Assembly (NCBI GenBank): GCA_918797485.1
Contig: CAKKNE010000001.1
Span: forward strand, 2,170,001 to 2,234,000
DNA: 64,000 nt
Reading direction: 5' to 3'
DNA from: Pelagomonas calceolata
Lineage: Eukaryota
A program made the translations under genes and the position numbers. The notes under the pieces were generated by a model. It saw nothing but the letters and a program-made list of their open reading frames with translations. It was not told the DNA's origin and searched no databases. This document shows positions 42,242 through 53,805 of this stretch, piece after piece; the stretch's first letter is position 1; every line of letters starts with the position of its first letter.

Positions 42242-43447
42242 CTAACCGAGCAGTTTCTCGAAGTCGATGTGCGGCTCGTAGTGGTCGATGGCAGCTTGTA
42301 TCCTAGATCTATCGCCGACGTGCATCTTGGCCGTGAAGTTGGCCATCACATTTGTGGCTTCTACCGTACCCAACTTCGTGAGCATGACCGGCGCGTCGTA
42401 GGCCCGCGCGATGTCGACCAGATAAGGTAGGTGCGTGTTGTCCTCGACTGATTGTTTCGGATCCATGTCGCACTCTCCTTTACATAAAACCATGGCGCCG
42501 AGCCACCCATCCCTATCCATGACGCCGTCCGGTAATGGTACTGTTGACCTTTTGTAGTAGGCTAAGAATGCTAACAGAACATCATCTCGGGTACAATGTG
42601 TCACAAACAACGGTCGCGTTTCATTCTTTTCCGCTTGCCGGAAGTGCGTTTTCCGCAAGAATCGTCGCACCGCAGTAGTAACACAAGCTAAGTCCTGGGT
42701 CCCAAAATGCAAATCGCGGTACCGTCGTCCGCTGATGAGTTCACCGTCGAGCAACCTTTCTAAATCGCCGAGGGTCGCCTTGCCCAGGAAGGGTAAGTCA
42801 GGCACCACACCTAATAAAGGCACGCCCCACCGCTCTTGTATCGCTCTTCCGACATAATCTCGGACCTGCTCGACCTTGTCCGGTACGACCTTGTTCAGAA
42901 CCACGCCTCGCAACCTAACACCCTTATCCTTCAAAACGGCCCGGTTCATCTCCAATTCGTCGAAGGCGCTCCCGATGCCGCCGTTCGCCACCAATACCAC
43001 ATCCGCGTCTAATCTACGAGCCACGTCGGCATTGGACGCATCAATAATAGCGCCGACGCCGACGTGGCCCGTGCCTTCGTAAATCAAAACGTCCGACGTC
43101 TCTTGCACGCGTTTTACCGCATCTTGAATTTTCGAGGTTTGGTCGTCGGACGACACCTCCCCGTCAATGAAACGCTTCGTATAATCTCGAGGTACGAGTA
43201 CCGGAGACATGTCCTCGTATCTCAGGTGGTTCAGCCCAAAGTACTCCTTCATCAATTGGACATCTTTGTCGACCCTGATACCCTTGGCGCCGACGGGCAC
43301 GTGTTGCTGGCCTACGGGCTTCACGAAGCCAACTCTATCCCCGAACCGCTTCCGGAGGCCGCTCAGTACAGCCAGTGAGACGGTGGTCTTGCCGACGTGC
43401 TGGCGCGTCGCGGCGATGAAGAGCGGCCGCGGCGCGGCGGCGCTCAT
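42242..43447 (-). CDS. BioD-like/AAA_26 phosphotransacetylase N-terminal-domain protein
   Basis: QHVGKTTVS P-loop, FVKPVG, EGTGHVGVG, GGIGSAFDEL, GVVLNKV. Confidence 0.85.
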   Translation of the reverse strand: MSAAAPRPLFIAATRQHVGKTTVSLAVLSGLRKRFGDRVGFVKPVGQQHVPVGAKGIRVDKDVQLMKEYFGLNHLRYEDMSPVLVPRDYTKRFIDGEVSSDDQTSKIQDAVKRVQETSDVLIYEGTGHVGVGAIIDASNADVARRLDADVVLVANGGIGSAFDELEMNRAVLKDKGVRLRGVVLNKVVPDKVEQVRDYVGRAIQERWGVPLLGVVPDLPFLGKATLGDLERLLDGELISGRRYRDLHFGTQDLACVTTAVRRFLRKTHFRQAEKNETRPLFVTHCTRDDVLLAFLAYYKRSTVPLPDGVMDRDGWLGAMVLCKGECDMDPKQSVEDNTHLPYLVDIARAYDAPVMLTKLGTVEATNVMANFTAKMHVGDRSRIQAAIDHYEPHIDFEKLLG

Positions 43448-44003
43448 CTTTTGTTTTGCGGGTGTCGCGGCGACGGCGTGCCGTGGCGCGGGTCGCGGCG
43501 ACGGCTAGTGGCGTGGCGTCGGGGTGGTGAGCAGTGCAGCCCTGCAGCAGTAGTGCTACAGATCTGTGCTGCGGGTTTCGCGAGGCGGAAGTGCTGCAGC
43601 TCGCAGCAGTCGTCGGAATGGCAATAAATTGAGAGCCCTTGGCTGTGCTCCTTTCGCGCAGCGAGTGCTTTGGCCTGTGTTTTGTACTCTTGGCATGCAG
43701 GAGACTGCAGCCCCTCCGCTGCGCAAAGCCTTGCGGGGCGTGAAATACGCATGCGAACGACGCCCCGGGGTGCACTGGTCCCTCTCAAGAGAAATCTTGC
43801 TGATTGCTAGTGGCTTACAGCACGCTAGCTCGAACTACTGGTTTTGTAATTCAGCACGAGCTAGGGGGTTTGCGCACGCCTGCGCAGCGGCTGGAACACT
43901 CCGACGGCCTCCAGCAGCAGCGCTCCTCGCGCGCCGCATCAGCCGGCGGCCAAATTCGATAGTTGGCAGTTTGGCACACGCCAGCCGCCGCGACCCAAAA
44001 ACG

Positions 44004-45632
44004 ATGAGCACCTTCTTCCGCTCGCCGGCCGCGAGCCCGGCCCAGACGAGACCCGACGCGGCCAACCCGGAGGAGAGCCCGCAGATCACAACAAGAAGTG
44101 CGAGACGAGCGCGCCACGCGGGTCAAGATCGAGTACAAGAATTAGAACAGGAGAACTCGCAGCTACGAGCGGAATTAGATCGGTTACGCAGCCAGAAGCG
44201 ACCCATCCGCCGGAGCAATTCACTGGGCTCGGGCCGACCTAAAAGAACCGCGGAGAAGCGGCGGAGGCATTTACTCAGAGATAGCATCATGCATACCGTA
44301 GAGGAGGACGAGGGCGGCGACGGGTCGGCGAACGTGCGGATCACGCGGAACAAGATCTCGAGACAGGCTTCCATCGGCACGGCTACGGTTCTCAAGCAAA
44401 TGCCGTCGACCCCTCGACCCGCCGGGTTCTCCCTCGAATTGCCTACTCGCGTCGTCGCCGTATTTCGGGAGCCGTTGCGGAGCGAACACACGGAGTATCT
44501 TGGGAGTAGCCAATTTGCTGATGACATCTTGAACCTCGCGAGACAAGCCGGGAGACGCTTTGAACGGGAACCTAGAGTTCTGAGATTAGAAAGTCCAGCC
44601 TACGTCTTCGGCGACACGCACGGCAACCTGGAGGACCTCCACTTCTTCTCGGACCACATCTGGAAGCTCGGAGTTTCTCTGACGGCAGGCCAATTGTTAT
44701 TTCTAGGAGACTACGTAGATAGAGGATTGTCGTCATTGGAAGTGGTAGCTTATCTATTAGCGTTGAAATGTCTCGAACCGCAGAAGGTCTGGTTATTGAG
44801 AGGCAACCATGAAACTAGAGATGTAAATGGCTGGGAGGAGCACTACGGCGACAGAAGTTTTCTGTGGCAGTGCAAGCATCGCTTCGGGGATGAGTTGGGT
44901 CCGGTCGTCTGGGAGGGCGTGAATGCGTGTTTTGACCGGTTGCCGTTGTGTGCGGTGATTGACGACGAGATCTGTTGTGTCCACGGCGGGATGCCGCGGC
45001 GGCCGCCGCCGGGGCCGAGACCGTTCTGCGCGGACGCCGACCAGAAAACGAGACTAGAGTTGCTAGACATGGTACCTCATGTCATAACGATCAACCCGCC
45101 CGACAATTCGATCGACGCCGATTTACAACAGATGGCCTCGGAGTGTCTGTGGAGCGATCCGGCCGTCGAAGAGCAGGAACCAGATCTCAACGAGACGGGT
45201 TTCGGCGAAAGTCTTAGAGGTGGAGGCACGGTCTGCTTCGGCCACGCGGCGATCAAGGCGTTTCTGGAGGAGACGGGCTGTGCCTTTATTGTGCGAGCTC
45301 ACGAGGCGCACGCGCACGGCGTGTCGCTCTCAAAAGGCGCCAAGGTCTTCACGGTCTTCTCCACCTCGAAAGATCATCATCAAGGTAGAGCGGCGTCCTG
45401 CGGCTGCATTCTCATCGACGTCGAGAAGATCCAAGTGATCACTCGAAGCCCACACTACCGGAACCACTACGTCCACAAGCGCAACTCCATGTCGTTGATC
45501 GGCATCCCGCAGGACGAAATAAATAGGAGGAAGCAGATCGGATTGGTCGTGGACGACTTCGACGACGACGATGACGACGGCGTCGAGTATCTCGATGATT
45601 CGGAGGACGAGGAGGACGTCTTCGGGGCATAG
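44004..45632 (+). CDS. Ser/Thr protein phosphatase (PPP family)
   Basis: [34 protein letters not shown]. Confidence 0.92.
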   Translation: MSTFFRSPAASPAQTRPDAANPEESPQITTRSARRARHAGQDRVQELEQENSQLRAELDRLRSQKRPIRRSNSLGSGRPKRTAEKRRRHLLRDSIMHTVEEDEGGDGSANVRITRNKISRQASIGTATVLKQMPSTPRPAGFSLELPTRVVAVFREPLRSEHTEYLGSSQFADDILNLARQAGRRFEREPRVLRLESPAYVFGDTHGNLEDLHFFSDHIWKLGVSLTAGQLLFLGDYVDRGLSSLEVVAYLLALKCLEPQKVWLLRGNHETRDVNGWEEHYGDRSFLWQCKHRFGDELGPVVWEGVNACFDRLPLCAVIDDEICCVHGGMPRRPPPGPRPFCADADQKTRLELLDMVPHVITINPPDNSIDADLQQMASECLWSDPAVEEQEPDLNETGFGESLRGGGTVCFGHAAIKAFLEETGCAFIVRAHEAHAHGVSLSKGAKVFTVFSTSKDHHQGRAASCGCILIDVEKIQVITRSPHYRNHYVHKRNSMSLIGIPQDEINRRKQIGLVVDDFDDDDDDGVEYLDDSEDEEDVFGA

Positions 45633-45674
45633 GCCTTTCGCTCGTCTCGTATAACTTATGACATATACCTCTTC

Positions 45675-46005
45675 TTACGCGGCGGCCGGCGCTTCGCGGG
45701 CGCGGAGCGCGGCCCGCGCTTCACTCAGGAATAGCCCAATTCCCGCTGCGAGCGGGTGTTCGCCGCCAAACACGCGCCGCGCGGTCCGTTCCGAGTCCTC
45801 GAGCGTCGTTACGGCCTCGCGGAGATCGTCGAGCGTGGCGTCGTCGTCCTTGTAGAGCGCCTCCGCGTAAACCCACCTTAACCTGAGCGTGGTGATATGA
45901 CCCTCGCCGAGACTACGGCGCGCCACGGGCATTGTTTTGCGCAACAGTGCCTTGGCTTCTTTGAAGCGCCGAAGACCCTTAAGGGATACCGCGTAGTGGA
46001 CGGCC
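45675..46005 (-). pseudogene. Second TPR-like multicopy family 3' fragment
   Basis: HYAVSL..FKEAKALLRKTMPVARR..DATLDDLREAVTTLED.ER.ARRVFG.EHP. Confidence 0.7.
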
Positions 46006-46313
46006 GGCCGCCACGAAACCCAAGGAGTCGGGCCCGCCGATGTCTCCGCCGGGACCGCGGCGGCGCGACGCCTCCCCCGCGAGCCCGGCGTCGCTCGGCG
46101 GCGCCGACCGCTGGGAGCGCAAAAGTCCGGCGCCGACGCCGGCCGCTACAGTTCTGCGCGGGTGGAACCGGACGCCCGAGCAGCCCATGCCTGGCGCCCA
46201 GCCGCTCCCGGGCCTCATCGAAACGACTGCCCGGAAGAGCGCGCCGACCGACGACGACTCGGAGGATGAGGGCTGGGGGCGAGGGTAATCCCGTCCGAGT
46301 CCTACTTGATATG

Positions 46314-48422
46314 TTACCCATCTTGTGCCGAAAGCACCGCTTCGATTGCGCCCGACACGCGGTCCATCGACGCGTAGTCCACGCCGACCAAACCACAGAA
46401 CGCCCGCACATCTAGCTGCAATTGCGCCGCGATCTTCCGCGAGTCCTCGGCCAGCGACGCCGTGTTGCCGCGCTTGGCCATGACGGTCTCGAATTGGGCC
46501 GCGTGGTCCAAGACGGCCAAAGCGCGCGTCTCCAGATGAACGGCGCACCGTTCCGACACCTCTGCTCGATCCGGCTGCGCGTCGCCCAGCAGCGCGCTCC
46601 ACGTCTCGTAGAATTGCGCGAGGGGCTCCGCGGCGTGCGCGACGTAGGAGGACGGCTCCGACGGCGGCTTCTGGCCCGTCAGGTGGTAGCGCGCGGCGAC
46701 GCCCTTGCAGGCCGCCAGTCGGCCATCAATCACATTCACGAGACCGTCCGCAGAATCCCGGCGGCACTCCTCGACCGTCCGGTCGCAGGCCCCCAACGCC
46801 TCGTCGCAGCCCGCAGCGAGTAACGCCGCGTCCTCGAGGCTCAGGTCCAGCAGGGCCTCGAAGCCGCTCGCGAGCGTCGCGCGGATGCGCGCCGAGAACG
46901 TCCCGCAGTCCACAGAACAGCGCGCGTGCGCGTCGTGGCCCTCCGCTCGCGCGGCGCGCGCCGCCAGGCCCGTCGCGCCGCGCTGGGCGAGCTCGAGCGC
47001 GAGCGCGCCGAAGGCGTCGCCGACCGCCGGCAGGAAGCGGTCTCCGGCCCAGCAGCGCTCGACGGCGCCGATTAACGCGGGCGCGGCGTCCTCCTCACTA
47101 GCCAACGCGCCGTCGACTGCCTGGATCAAATCGGCCCGGACGAGCTCGACGTAGACCGGCAGGTTCCACCTTTGTTCTAGCTCGGCCGTCTTCGCGTGGC
47201 CCCTCAGGCGCCGCCTCGCATGCCTCTCGGCGTCCCGATCCCCGCGACCGGCGATCGCCGCGAGGCCCTCGCGAAACGAATCCGTGGCCGCCACGGCCCG
47301 GTGCGCCGCGTCGGCGTCGCCGAGGTCAAACAACCCGGACAGCTCCGGCGTCTCTAATAAAGCCGCGCAGACGCGGCGCCAGACGCCCTCGCACAATAAA
47401 TCGACGCCTAATAACGACCCGGGCGGCGGCGGCTTCCTCTTATGTTTCCGCGCCTCGCGCTCGACGGCGCCGGGGACACCCCTTAACCCCAGGACGTCGT
47501 CGTCGACGCCGCGCGCGGCGACCTCGCACGCTCGGAGCGCGGCGCCGCAGCGCTCCTCGACGAACTCCAGCGTCGCGCGGTACATGGTGGGCAGGCCCGA
47601 CCGACTCCCCCGTTCCACGCCGTCCAGGCGGCCGCGCGTGTACGTCGCGCGCACGAACGCGTCCAGGACGCGCTCGCCGAAGAACGCCTCCAGCTGCGGG
47701 CCGCGGCCGAGCGCCGCCGCGGCGCGCAGCACGCGCCGGAGGCGCTCGTCGCTCTGAGCTTTGCCGAGGCGGCAGCACGTCGCGGCGAACTCGTCGTCGA
47801 TTTTCTGGGCGACATTCAAAGCGCACGCGTCTACGCGGTCCCGGCAGCCCTGGACGAAGCTCACGCGGTCGCCGTCGCGCAGTCCGTCGACGGCGCCGTC
47901 CAGCGCGGCCCGGAGATGTAGCGCGTCATGTGTGGCGCGCTCGACGTCGACGTTCGTATCCGCCAATCTCTTCTCGAGGTCGCTCAAAGTACTCGCGAAG
48001 CGTTTCACTTTATCCTTTTCCCGGTCCTCGCGGCGCTTCTCGCGTCTTTTCGCGAGCTCCTCCTCGAGCTTGGCCTGCTCGACGCCCGCCGTGGCCGCGG
48101 CCTTGGAGGCCTCGCCCTCCAGCGCTAGCAACGCGGCCTGCGTCGCCGCGGCGTCCTCGGCCGAGCCTTCCACGGACGTCGCGATGCGGAAGAAGTCGCG
48201 GTAGTTCTCGGCGACGAGGTCGAAGAGCTTCGCGTCCTCCTTCGCTTTATAATCTTCCAGCAACGAATGCATCGCAGCCATTTCCAGATGCGGCGCCGCG
48301 GCGTGGAGGGCGCTCAATAACTCCGGACCCGTCTTGCCGGCGTCGAGGGCGCGGCCGAGGGCCTCCTCGACGAGCTGTTGGCCGTCGTCGGGCGGCGGCG
48401 GCGGTGCTGCGAGCGCTGCCAT
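46314..48422 (-). CDS. COG2: Conserved oligomeric Golgi complex subunit 2
   Basis: LFDLVAENYRDF, RWNLPVY, PSEPSSYV, KIAAQLQLDV. Confidence 0.85.
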   Translation of the reverse strand: MAALAAPPPPPDDGQQLVEEALGRALDAGKTGPELLSALHAAAPHLEMAAMHSLLEDYKAKEDAKLFDLVAENYRDFFRIATSVEGSAEDAAATQAALLALEGEASKAAATAGVEQAKLEEELAKRREKRREDREKDKVKRFASTLSDLEKRLADTNVDVERATHDALHLRAALDGAVDGLRDGDRVSFVQGCRDRVDACALNVAQKIDDEFAATCCRLGKAQSDERLRRVLRAAAALGRGPQLEAFFGERVLDAFVRATYTRGRLDGVERGSRSGLPTMYRATLEFVEERCGAALRACEVAARGVDDDVLGLRGVPGAVEREARKHKRKPPPPGSLLGVDLLCEGVWRRVCAALLETPELSGLFDLGDADAAHRAVAATDSFREGLAAIAGRGDRDAERHARRRLRGHAKTAELEQRWNLPVYVELVRADLIQAVDGALASEEDAAPALIGAVERCWAGDRFLPAVGDAFGALALELAQRGATGLAARAARAEGHDAHARCSVDCGTFSARIRATLASGFEALLDLSLEDAALLAAGCDEALGACDRTVEECRRDSADGLVNVIDGRLAACKGVAARYHLTGQKPPSEPSSYVAHAAEPLAQFYETWSALLGDAQPDRAEVSERCAVHLETRALAVLDHAAQFETVMAKRGNTASLAEDSRKIAAQLQLDVRAFCGLVGVDYASMDRVSGAIEAVLSAQDG

Positions 48423-48571
48423 GTTTTGGGGCTTTTTGTATTTGGGGCCTTTGCTGTGCCTACGCGTGAGGCCGGCGAGCGCAGTCCTCGAGCTAAGTGA
48501 GAAACGCAGCGTCCAGGTGTTCTACCGACGCCAGGGCCTGGCTAGGAGGTCCAAGCCCGCGCCGCGGAGAG

Positions 48572-48594
48572 GCTAGCGGCAGTAAGACACTAGC
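48572..48594 (+). promoter_or_regulatory. Bipartite motif GCTAGCG-N3-GTAAGACACTAGC
   Basis: Consensus copy in a divergent intergenic region. Confidence 0.55.
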
Positions 48595-48828
48595 TAAAAC
48601 GAGACGGCGTCGCTCTGCATCGTCTATCGCCTGCTACATGCACGCTGGCCCGCTTAACATGCGTTCATAAACACCAGACCCATGCGTGCCAGCTTTCACC
48701 CGCGAGAGTGCTCCTGAGATTGGCCCTGAGCCTCTCCATTGAGCCTGCGCACACTGCACCGCTGCGGGCAAGCCACCAGTCTCATGCGGCACGCCCACAG
48801 CTTGCTCGCGCTGCAGGCCGCCGCAGCG

Positions 48829-49563
48829 ATGGCCCCGCTGCCCTGGGGCAAACGGCCGTGCCAGGACTACCTCAAAGCGCTCCGAGAGCAAACGCCGGCG
48901 CGCCTCGACGACGGTCTAGTCGAGTGCCATCCGCTGCGCCACCTGCGCTGGACGGCCGGCGTCGCCGAGGATGATGAGGACAGTAGCCCGCTGCCGCCCC
49001 AGCTCGCCTTCGACGCGCGGAACAGCGCCTGCCACGCGGCGGGCGCGGCCGGCGTGGACTGGACCGCGGTCCTCCGCCACGCGAGGGCCTACCGCGGCGG
49101 CGCCCCAGTGCCGGTCGTCGACGTTTTGGACAATTGGCGCGTCGCCGCGGAGTCGCTCGAGGTCGTTATCGCGTGCGCGTGCGTCGATCGACGCGTGGTC
49201 GCGCGCCGCGGCGGCGGAGCCGGCGTCGCGCTCGATCTTGAGAGGGCGGCGCCGCTCCTCTCACGCGCCGGCGTGAGTGCGCCCGAGGTCGCCGCCGACC
49301 CGTTCCTCGACGGGGCGCGGACCTTGGTGCGGCCCGAGCGCCTCGCGAGCACGCGGGACCTCGAAGCGCCCGTCTGGCCCAAGGTCCTGCACTTCGCCGA
49401 GGTCATGGCGGGCCTGGACGCCGCCGCGCGGCGCGAGCGCTTCGGCGACGTGCCCGTCCGGCGCCTCGCGAACGGCGCCTGGGCCGCCGGGAGCCGGCAC
49501 CGCGTCGCGGCGGCCCGGCTGTGCGGTCTGGCGCTGGCGTGCCGTGTTGTGAAGAAATCTTAA
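48829..49563 (+). CDS. Hypothetical protein; start uncertain
   Basis: GC3-rich open frame ending GSRHRVAAARLCGL (ParB-like end, weak). Confidence 0.5.
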   Translation: MAPLPWGKRPCQDYLKALREQTPARLDDGLVECHPLRHLRWTAGVAEDDEDSSPLPPQLAFDARNSACHAAGAAGVDWTAVLRHARAYRGGAPVPVVDVLDNWRVAAESLEVVIACACVDRRVVARRGGGAGVALDLERAAPLLSRAGVSAPEVAADPFLDGARTLVRPERLASTRDLEAPVWPKVLHFAEVMAGLDAAARRERFGDVPVRRLANGAWAAGSRHRVAAARLCGLALACRVVKKS

Positions 49564-49584
49564 ATTGTGTAGTTAGTGATAGCG

Positions 49585-51861
49585 CTACCCCTCCTCCCGC
49601 GAGAGCGCGTCGCACTTCGCGTCGCGGACGGCGTCGTGCCAGGGCCGGATCTCGCCGGCGTCCGGTTTATAAGGAGGCGCCGGCGCGAGGCCCCGCAGGC
49701 CGCTCTGAGTATAGGGCACGGCGAAGTCGAAGGCGATGCCGCGGGGCCGCCCCGCGCCGCCCTTCTTCACGGTCAACCTCAAAATGCCCTTCTGCGCGAA
49801 GTACTTCGCCGACACGCAGTGCAACGGTAGCCGTTTGGTGGTCCCGACGTCGCAGCCCGCGCACCGCGGCGCGTAGTAGAGGACGTCGTCCCTTATGGCC
49901 GCGTGGACGAGGCGCCACCGCGATTCCCGGCAGCAGCAGCACTTCGTCGCGCGCCTCTTCAACAGTAACCCTTCGACCCGCAGCGTCCCTTCGGACAAAC
50001 AACCAACATCTCGCTGACTGACGTATTTCGACTTCTTGTAGCACTTCCAGAAGAACAGGCAGTCGTACCGACATCTTCGCCACTTGTATGCGCACCTACG
50101 TCTTCTTGCTCTTTCTTTCGCACAAAAGTCCGAGCAGCAGTCCCGCGCGACCTTCCGCTTGTAGTACCGCGTCGCACCGGTAAGCACGCCCCCCCTAAAT
50201 CCCCAATCTCTCGTCAACTGATCAATTGCATCATTCTCGACGTCCGTGACAAAGTCCCAGGCCGTCTTGCCCTGGATCCGGCCCTCTGTGTCTCTGCAAC
50301 CGGCGTCCAACGTTAACGAATCCTTGACGAACTCGCTGTCCTCCAACTCCTTCTGGGCCGCTATTCTAGCGTCCGTCTCCATTTCTAGTTCGAGTAGTTT
50401 CTCCTTGGCGGCCGTTTTATGCACATTGGACTCTTCGATGTGCTCGTCAACATGCTCAAAGAACGCGTCCAACTGAATCCTTAACTCCTCAATCCGAAAC
50501 CCCGCACACGCGACCTTCATGGGGTCGTGGTAGGGGTCCGCATTTGTTTGTGCCCGGTACATGACGGCCTTTTCGTGCGAGTAGGTCAGGTACTGATCTA
50601 GCGCGCCTCGTTGGAACACTGCTAACTCTTGAAGAGCGTCGGGCGCTCTTGCTTCATAGGACCACGTCAAATCAAACCGCACCAAGCCCTGGACCACTTC
50701 CGGGTCCTTCGCCGAGCGCAGTTCGCACCTGCCTCGTAATCGCACGTAATCAGCACCCCACGCAATCTGAGCCTTCCTCAACCCATAGAAGCGGCAGAGC
50801 TTCTCCGGTAATTTTGCGAACTTACCAGTACCCTTTTCTACAACTGAAGCCATCCTTCTTAAGTGCTGGAGCTTGACGCCCCAGTCGCCAAAATGATAAT
50901 TCTTGCCTTGATTCGGCGTCGCCGCGATTTCCAGGACCGCGGCGCAGTCCGGCGCGGGCGCCTCAAACACAGCAGCCCAGGCCGAGGCCTCGCCGGGCCC
51001 CTGTTTCGTGCCTCGCGTCGTCTCGAACCGTCTTTCCCGCAATACACATTCGATGGTCGGCCGCACCCTTTGCGTGGACAGGTGCTCGTAGGCTATTATG
51101 GAACATTTCAAGTAATTCGGTACGCGCTCAAAATGCTGCCTTACCTCATCTTCGGCCACGCGTCGCTTGAATAACCTATAATTAAGTTCGCCCCTTACGA
51201 GTTCCATGACGCCCGTCGCCTTCTGCACGCGGATCTCGTCGATCCTCAATATAACATCGCGCATCGGTTGCTTTGCACGATACCGTCGTATCTGATCACA
51301 AACCATCGCATAGACAGCAGTGACGTCACTCCAGTCCAGGGACATGCGAATATGTACAGCATCAGCCCAGCCCACGAAGCCGTAACTGCTTTCTTTCTCG
51401 ATCTCTACGTCCGTCATCGCGCATCCGAGCAACGTGAACACGATATGGAGTCGCGGAGACCCGCCGACCGCGTCTCTACCAATCCAGGGCGATATTAAGA
51501 CAGCGCCTATTTTAGCTCCTTCGCTGGGGTCCACGATCTGCCCGATCTTCGTAAAGGCCCATCCTAGTAAACAAGGACCCTCCAATACGAGCAAAATATA
51601 CGCAATCCAGACACATAAGGCAGCAACAAATCGCAAATACCACGAATCGCGGTCGTGGTAGCCCCAGAGACACAGCAAGCTCATCACTCCAAAGGCGTAC
51701 ATGCTTTGTCTGAGGGACTGCCGCCAGTCGTGCCGAAACGCAAAGGCGCTCCGCTTCGCGGCCTTCCGCGCGGCCTCCCGCTTCCGCGCGGCGGCCTCCT
51801 TGGCCCGTTCCTCGCGCGACTGCGCCTTCTTTTCTGTGTTGTCGGGGCAGCAGCAGCCCAT
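49585..51861 (-). CDS. Membrane protein with C2-like and C-terminal PH domains
   Basis: MGCCC acylation motif, two TM helices, C2-like strands, EGLLLKRR..WR..LYY...W.DAV PH signature. Confidence 0.7.
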   Translation of the reverse strand: MGCCCPDNTEKKAQSREERAKEAAARKREAARKAAKRSAFAFRHDWRQSLRQSMYAFGVMSLLCLWGYHDRDSWYLRFVAALCVWIAYILLVLEGPCLLGWAFTKIGQIVDPSEGAKIGAVLISPWIGRDAVGGSPRLHIVFTLLGCAMTDVEIEKESSYGFVGWADAVHIRMSLDWSDVTAVYAMVCDQIRRYRAKQPMRDVILRIDEIRVQKATGVMELVRGELNYRLFKRRVAEDEVRQHFERVPNYLKCSIIAYEHLSTQRVRPTIECVLRERRFETTRGTKQGPGEASAWAAVFEAPAPDCAAVLEIAATPNQGKNYHFGDWGVKLQHLRRMASVVEKGTGKFAKLPEKLCRFYGLRKAQIAWGADYVRLRGRCELRSAKDPEVVQGLVRFDLTWSYEARAPDALQELAVFQRGALDQYLTYSHEKAVMYRAQTNADPYHDPMKVACAGFRIEELRIQLDAFFEHVDEHIEESNVHKTAAKEKLLELEMETDARIAAQKELEDSEFVKDSLTLDAGCRDTEGRIQGKTAWDFVTDVENDAIDQLTRDWGFRGGVLTGATRYYKRKVARDCCSDFCAKERARRRRCAYKWRRCRYDCLFFWKCYKKSKYVSQRDVGCLSEGTLRVEGLLLKRRATKCCCCRESRWRLVHAAIRDDVLYYAPRCAGCDVGTTKRLPLHCVSAKYFAQKGILRLTVKKGGAGRPRGIAFDFAVPYTQSGLRGLAPAPPYKPDAGEIRPWHDAVRDAKCDALSREEG

Positions 51862-52143
51862 CGTTCTGATCACGGGGCAGCCCTTCCTACGGTTAGGCGG
51901 TGTTGTGCGCGGTCGCACGCTGCGACGCCGGGCGCGGGCAGCTTTTGATGGATTTAGTAGGTACTACACGTGTCGCACGTGCAGCCGCGCGCCGGCGCGA
52001 GGCGGATTCGTGTCCGTTCCGCCCGTGCGCTTCACAACAACTTAATCGAACCCGCACGACACGATAAATCTGCTGCACGTAGCGAGCCTTCGCGAATCCT
52101 CTTGCGGGCGACCAATAGCGCGGTATTGATCCAGGATGATCAC

Positions 52144-52167
52144 GCTAGCGTCTTGTAACACACTAGC
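52144..52167 (+). promoter_or_regulatory. Bipartite motif variant GCTAGCG-N4-GTAACACACTAGC
   Basis: One mismatch to consensus; divergent intergenic region. Confidence 0.5.
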
Positions 52168-52335
52168 CCTGCCAGCATCCAAGCTTTGAGGCGTTTTTGC
52201 GAAGCGCTGAGGCAGTCATTCCTCACGCAGTTCAAACCGTGCAACCATCTCGACGAGTTGCGCCGACTGCGCAAAAATCGAGCTTGCTCTTGCCGCGGAA
52301 CCGGCGAATCCAAGTCAGGCAGGCCAAGCACGCAG

Positions 52336-52671
52336 ATGGTGCGCGCCGTATTAGCCGTCTTAGCCGTGTGCAGCACCACCGCCGCGTTCGCGCCGCCGCC
52401 GACCGCCCGCGCCGCCGCCGCGACGCGCCCGCGCGCGCAGAAGGAGCCCATGAGCGCCGACGGCACGAAAAAGCGCTCGGAGATGACGGACTGGGAGATC
52501 TACACGGACGGGGAATACGGCCGAGCCTTCAAGTTCCCCTGGGAGGTCGAAGCGACGGAGCTCACGACAATCGGCCACGCGATCCCGGCCGCGATCATAC
52601 TTTCGTTCTATCTCGTGCCGCTCGCGTACGGCGTTGCCACGGGGCGGATCGACCTCTCGTCTTTAAGTTGA
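52336..52671 (+). CDS. Small plastid-targeted single-TM protein
   Basis: Signal peptide followed by TAAFAP (ASAFAP-type) motif; C-terminal TM helix. Confidence 0.75.
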   Translation: MVRAVLAVLAVCSTTAAFAPPPTARAAAATRPRAQKEPMSADGTKKRSEMTDWEIYTDGEYGRAFKFPWEVEATELTTIGHAIPAAIILSFYLVPLAYGVATGRIDLSSLS

Positions 52672-52706
52672 CATCATTCATATTTACACAAAAAGCTGGT
52701 GGCTCA

Positions 52707-53543
52707 CTACCACTTGTCCCCCCGGAAAGGCTTCGGGTCGCGGCCACAGCCGGGCGGCTCGCAGGCCATGAAGGAGAGGAGATAGAAGACGACCGCTATG
52801 GACAGGACCATGAGGACCCCGTCGAACACCGTCGGGCCCCGGCGCCGCGCCGCGTCCACGACGTCCGAGGGCGCCGGCGTCGGGCAGCGCCCGAGCGCCG
52901 CGACGGCGTCTTCCGAAGGGCCGTCGCATGCGGTGCAAAAGTCCGCGTGCGTGGCGCGCGCCGCCGTCGCATTATTTAAGGTCAGGTGGAGCTCCGTCAT
53001 GTAGGAGAGGGCCCCACAGTTCGCGGGCCACAGCTCCAGGGCCTTGTCGTAGTACGTTTTTGCGTGGTCGTAGTCGGGCGTGGCCTTCTTGCGGTTCACG
53101 AAGCCCAGATAGTTCCAGACCGCGCTCTCGCACTTGGAGGTGGTCTCGAGGCTCAGGTACGCCGTCGGGCACATCCCATTGACGTCGCAGCCGGCGCAGT
53201 GGTCTAGGACGCACCACAGGTAGGGCTCGGCCTTGTCGTACTGCTGCAGCTCCTCTATTAAAATTTCTGCGCACTCGTAGGTGGCGTGGCCGTGCTGCAC
53301 GTTGTCGTAGGCGTCCTCCATCGACGAGTAGTTCGCTACCAACAGAGACGGCGTCGGCGCGGTGGCGATGGTGCTCCGACAAGTCGAGGCGGCGACGGTC
53401 GTCGGCGCGAGCGTAGTTGGCTGCGGCATCGTGGGCTTCGGCGTCGGCGACGGGCGTGGGCGCGGGCGCGGGCTTGGCCGGCCACTGCCCGCGGCATCAA
53501 TCACGGCCGCCAGTTGTAAGAGACACCACGTTCGCGCATGCAT
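52707..53543 (-). CDS. Secreted/membrane TPR-containing protein
   Basis: Signal peptide, Pro/Thr stalk, WNYLGF..YYDKALELWP TPR, C-terminal TM helix. Confidence 0.7.
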   Translation of the reverse strand: MHARTWCLLQLAAVIDAAGSGRPSPRPRPRPSPTPKPTMPQPTTLAPTTVAASTCRSTIATAPTPSLLVANYSSMEDAYDNVQHGHATYECAEILIEELQQYDKAEPYLWCVLDHCAGCDVNGMCPTAYLSLETTSKCESAVWNYLGFVNRKKATPDYDHAKTYYDKALELWPANCGALSYMTELHLTLNNATAARATHADFCTACDGPSEDAVAALGRCPTPAPSDVVDAARRRGPTVFDGVLMVLSIAVVFYLLSFMACEPPGCGRDPKPFRGDKW

Positions 53544-53805
53544 GATGACGAGTTGCTGTGCTGACTGATTGTGCTGACTGATTGTGCTCTGCGTGCGCAC
53601 GCTCAGAGAGCTGATTTTTGCACAGCGCGACGGCAACAACGCAGCGACCGTGTAGCGAAGATGAGCTGGCCGCAATTATGCGTCTGCGGCGAGCTTACGC
53701 GTGTGCAAACACCGCAGAGCCTCTCAAACTGGCTGAGCTCAGCATCCGCTCAGCGGCCCGGGGTCAACGCGACGAGACCGAGGATTGTTATACAGAGCCA
53801 TACCA

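Noticed and set aside
45976..45985. CCCTTAAGGG palindrome resembling a piggyBac TTAA end
   Set aside because: It lies inside the continuous TPR-like reading frame (SLKG) and has no partner end.
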